Part shown: positions 59,942 through 64,000 of the stretch, in pieces | Numbering within the stretch: the stretch's first letter is position 1 | Layout: each line of letters opens with the position of its first letter | Source of the DNA: the human T2T-CHM13v2.0 reference genome, Homo sapiens | Length of the DNA: 64,000 nt | Assembly (NCBI RefSeq): GCF_009914755.1 | Contig: NC_060926.1 | Reading direction: 5' to 3' (one strand) | Position numbers and translations under genes: made by a program | The notes under the pieces: model-generated | Seen by the model: only the letters and a program-made list of their open reading frames with translations | Database searches by the model: none | What the model was told of the DNA's origin: nothing

Positions 59942-60869
59942 ACGGAGGCTACATTCTTGACCCAATTGTCTGCAACCATCTCGAGAGCACATTCTGCTGC
60001 AAACCACAATGACAAAACTGTTTCTTGGCTCACTGGAGAATAAAGTGTGAGTTACTGAATCATTGACAGCATTGTTCTCTACTTCTAACAGACTTCTTTT
60101 AGGAGGTTTGGCTAAGGAGATGTATGAACCCTGTGGTTACAGGGCACCCAAATGCATAGTTGTTCTATCTGCAAGATGACAAACAATCGTATTAGTTGTT
60201 TCTTTTTATTTTAATCCCCATAAGAAGAGTCATTAAAATAATGATTTGTGTATATTTTCTGCAGTATCTTTGCATAATGTTTATTATATTCCAATGCTTT
60301 ATAAATATTGTCCCATTTGCTTGGAGGAAGGGTACTGAGTAGGTCATTTAAAAGGTCAAGAGATAAGAAAAGATCATTATAACCTAACAACATGATTATT
60401 ATTCTTTTATTATTTTTGATCATATGATACTAATATTTCTCAAACTGATAGGTAAAGAAGAGCTTTTTTGCTCAAATTAATTTGAGGTATGCTATATAGA
60501 GTATATCTCTCAGACATTCACAGTGCATATCAGTCTCTGGGAAGTTTAAATAGAAAGTTTGATTTCATTTATCTTATGTTTTCATGTATTATTTGACCAC
60601 AGAATTCTTATCACACAATACATTTTAATCCTTGGCAGAGCTAGTGTCCCTTAAGAAGTGCTTTGGGAAATCATGGTGTCATACTCTAGATAAGATATTA
60701 CAGCTCTGGGAATTTGAAGGCCAGAACAATTATTTTTAACTGTGTAGGTGGGAAGGGAATCAAAAAATCTTCATGCAATGGTGACAGCTAATGAAATATG
60801 ACAATATTGTGAATCTTACTTAGAGCATAGAGCTGCTATGGTCATCATATGAGAGGGTCCTACAAAGTA

Positions 60870-61640
<771 letters not shown>

Positions 61641-61689
61641 ACTCGAAAAATTTTAGTAATTTTGGCCTTAAAAAAATGAATGTTATTTC

Positions 61690-61880
61690 AGCAGTCAGAG
61701 ACGCAGAGCTATTAGGATCCAGACCTCTCAATTTTAAATCTTATCTCTGTCACTTGTTAGCTGTTTCTCGACCTCTTCTGCAAGTTACTTAACTTCTCTA
61801 TGACTTATATAACTCCCCAGTTAAATGAGAGTAACCTAGGGTTAAATTATCTAATATACATAGAATGCGTATAATAATGC
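61690..61880 (+). mobile_element. MIR
   Basis: CTCTGTCACTT.TTAGCTGT..GCAAGTTACTTAACTTCTCT. Confidence 0.65.
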
Positions 61881-61885
61881 CTTCG

Positions 61886-62086
61886 GAGAGTTTTTCAACT
61901 TTGACATGATTGACTTTTTTGGCCAGTTAATTCTTTGTTTTAGGGGGTTGTCCTAGGACCCATGGCATCTGCCTACTCGATGCCACTAGCAGCTGCCAAC
62001 TCCCCAAGTTGTGGCAATCAAAAATGTCTTCAGACATTGCCAAATGTCCCATAGGGGGCAAAATTGCCTCTGGTTGAGAACTGCTG
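61886..62086. mobile_element. MER20
   Basis: AAAAATGTCT.CAGACATTGCCAAATGTCCC..GGGGGCAAAATTGCC.CTGGTTGAGAAC..CTG. Confidence 0.85.
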
Positions 62087-62556
62087 CCATAGAATAGTAA
62101 TAATAATATAAAGGATATAGTAAGAATTTATAAATATTCTTTTTGTTTACAGGAGAATTAATTGAATATCCATTTTTCCCTGAGATAAGTATCAGTTCCA
62201 CATATTTTACATCTTTGGTCCATCCCCTATTCTCTGTTAGCCTTTAATCCTGTGTTGAACAGGTAATTAATTGGCACAAATTGAAAGATAGACTGATGAT
62301 AAAGGGAAATTGTCCCTGCTGGAGAGAGCAGGAAAAGATAGTTATACAGTTTTTATGGAAGATGAATAGAGAATAAATTAGGTACATCTATGTGTATATA
62401 TTTTACTAAGACAATAAAATAACTTAATGATTCCAGAGAGGAAAATTACATAGGTATAAATGAGAGGGAAGCATTAAAAAATTGATGCTCAGGCTTCATG
62501 ACTGAGTTCAAGTTGTGACGAATGGATAGAGTCTCAATGTCTTGTATAGAACTCCC

Positions 62557-64000
62557 GTCTTTTGCTTAGTCTGGCTAAAGATTTGTCAGTTTTCTTTATC
62601 TTTTCAAAAAACCAACTTTTATTTTCATTGATCTTTTTTATTGTTTGCCTTGTTTCAATTTCATTTATTTCTGCTCTGATCTTTACTATTTATATTCCTC
62701 TACTAATTTTGGGTTGGGTTTGCACTTTTCTTGTTTCAAAAGATGCATCACTATGTTGTTTATTTGAAGTTTTTTTTTTTTTTTTTACTTTTTTGATGTA
62801 GGCACTTATAGCTATAAACTTTCCTCTTTGTATTGCTTTCACTGTATCCTACAGGCTTGGGTATGTTGTGTTTCCATTTGTTTCAAGGAATTTTTCAATT
62901 TCCTTCTTAATTTCTTCATTGACCCACTGGTCATTCAGGAGCATATTGTTTAATTTCCATGTGTCTGTGTAGTTCCTAAAATTCGTCTTGTTATCGAATT
63001 ATAGCTTTATTCCATTATGGTCAGAAAAAAATGCTTGATATTATTTCAGTTTTTTAAAATATTTTAAGACTTATTTTGTGTCCTAACACATGGTCTATCC
63101 TTGAGAATAATCCATTAATGAGGAGTTGACTGTATTTTTCAGCCATTGGATGAAATATTCTGTAAATATCCATAGGTACATTTAGTCTATAGTGCAAAGT
63201 CCAATGTTTCCATGTTGATTTTCTGCCTGGAAGATCTGTTCAATGCCGAAAGTGGGGTGTTGAAATCTCCATCTGTTATTGTATTGGTGTCTATCTCTCT
63301 CTTTAATTCTAATATTTGTTTTATATATCTGGGTGCTCCAGTTTTGGGTGCATATATATTTACAATTGTCGTATCCTCTTGCTGAATTGACCCCTTTATC
63401 ATTACATAATGACCTTCTTTGTCTTTTTTCAATAGTTATGTCTTGAAATCTTTTTTGTCGGTATAGGTGAAGTGTGTTTCTTGTAGGCAGTAGTTCACTG
63501 GGTCTTGTTTCTAATGTATTCAGTCATACTCTATGTATTTTGATCAGAGAGTTAGTCTATTTGCATTCAATGTTATTATTGATAAGTAAGGACTTACTTT
63601 CGCCATTTTGTTATTTGTTTTCTTCTTGTCTTGTGGTCTTCGCTTCCTTCTTTCCTTCCTTTCTATTTTCATTTTAGTGAAGGTGATTTTCTCTGGTGGT
63701 CTGTTTTCATTTCTTGCTTTTTATATTTTTGTGTGTATCCATTGTATGATTTTTGATTGAGGTTACCATGAGGATTGTACATACTATGTTCTTGCCCATA
63801 TTATAAATTGATGACAGTTTAACACTACATAAACTAACAAGCAAAGATAAAACTAATGAAAACGCTACACTTTTACTTTTTCCCCTTGCTTTTTAACATT
63901 TTGTTGTTCCAATTATATTTTATTGTACTATGTCTTGAAAAGTTTTCATTATTCCATCACTGTTTTGGATTGGGTCATTATTTAATCTTTCTACTCAATA
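62557..64000 (-). mobile_element. L1MA/L1PB ORF2 endonuclease region (continues past window edge)
   Basis: Frame 63187-63432 DKEGHYVMIKGSIQQED..IVNIYAP..GDFNTPLS matches the L1 APE domain; disrupted. Confidence 0.9.

Noticed and set aside
60430-60672. Possible hAT MITE relic (TTTCTCAAACT...CTTTGGGAAA ends)
   Set aside because: Too diverged to assign a family or boundaries without a profile search.

Overview
This is primate (almost certainly human or great-ape) AT-rich, non-coding genomic DNA, roughly half interspersed repeats. It holds about 25 Alu/FLAM copies (J, S and Y ages), several decayed LINE-1s, L2 and MIR relics, MaLR/ERV LTRs (MST, MLT1, MLT2, a MER50-like solo LTR) and DNA-transposon fossils (MER6-, MER1A-, Tigger2-, MER5-, MER20-like). 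I find no supportable protein-coding gene, RNA gene, CpG island or CRISPR array. The ORF track is explained by Alu-derived frames, broken L1 ORF1/ORF2 remnants and chance frames. I cannot support a new biological 'system' here. The most interesting signals are small-scale: a 63-bp near-identical copy with a fold-back palindrome and flanking direct repeat (templated-insertion-like scar), an old ~120-bp duplication with splice-site-like ends, template-switch palindromes, an L1 inversion with duplicated junctions, multi-level nested insertions with readable TSDs, and repeat-free islands that may be enhancers. Subfamily names are recognised from memory, not searched, and boundaries of old repeats are approximate.
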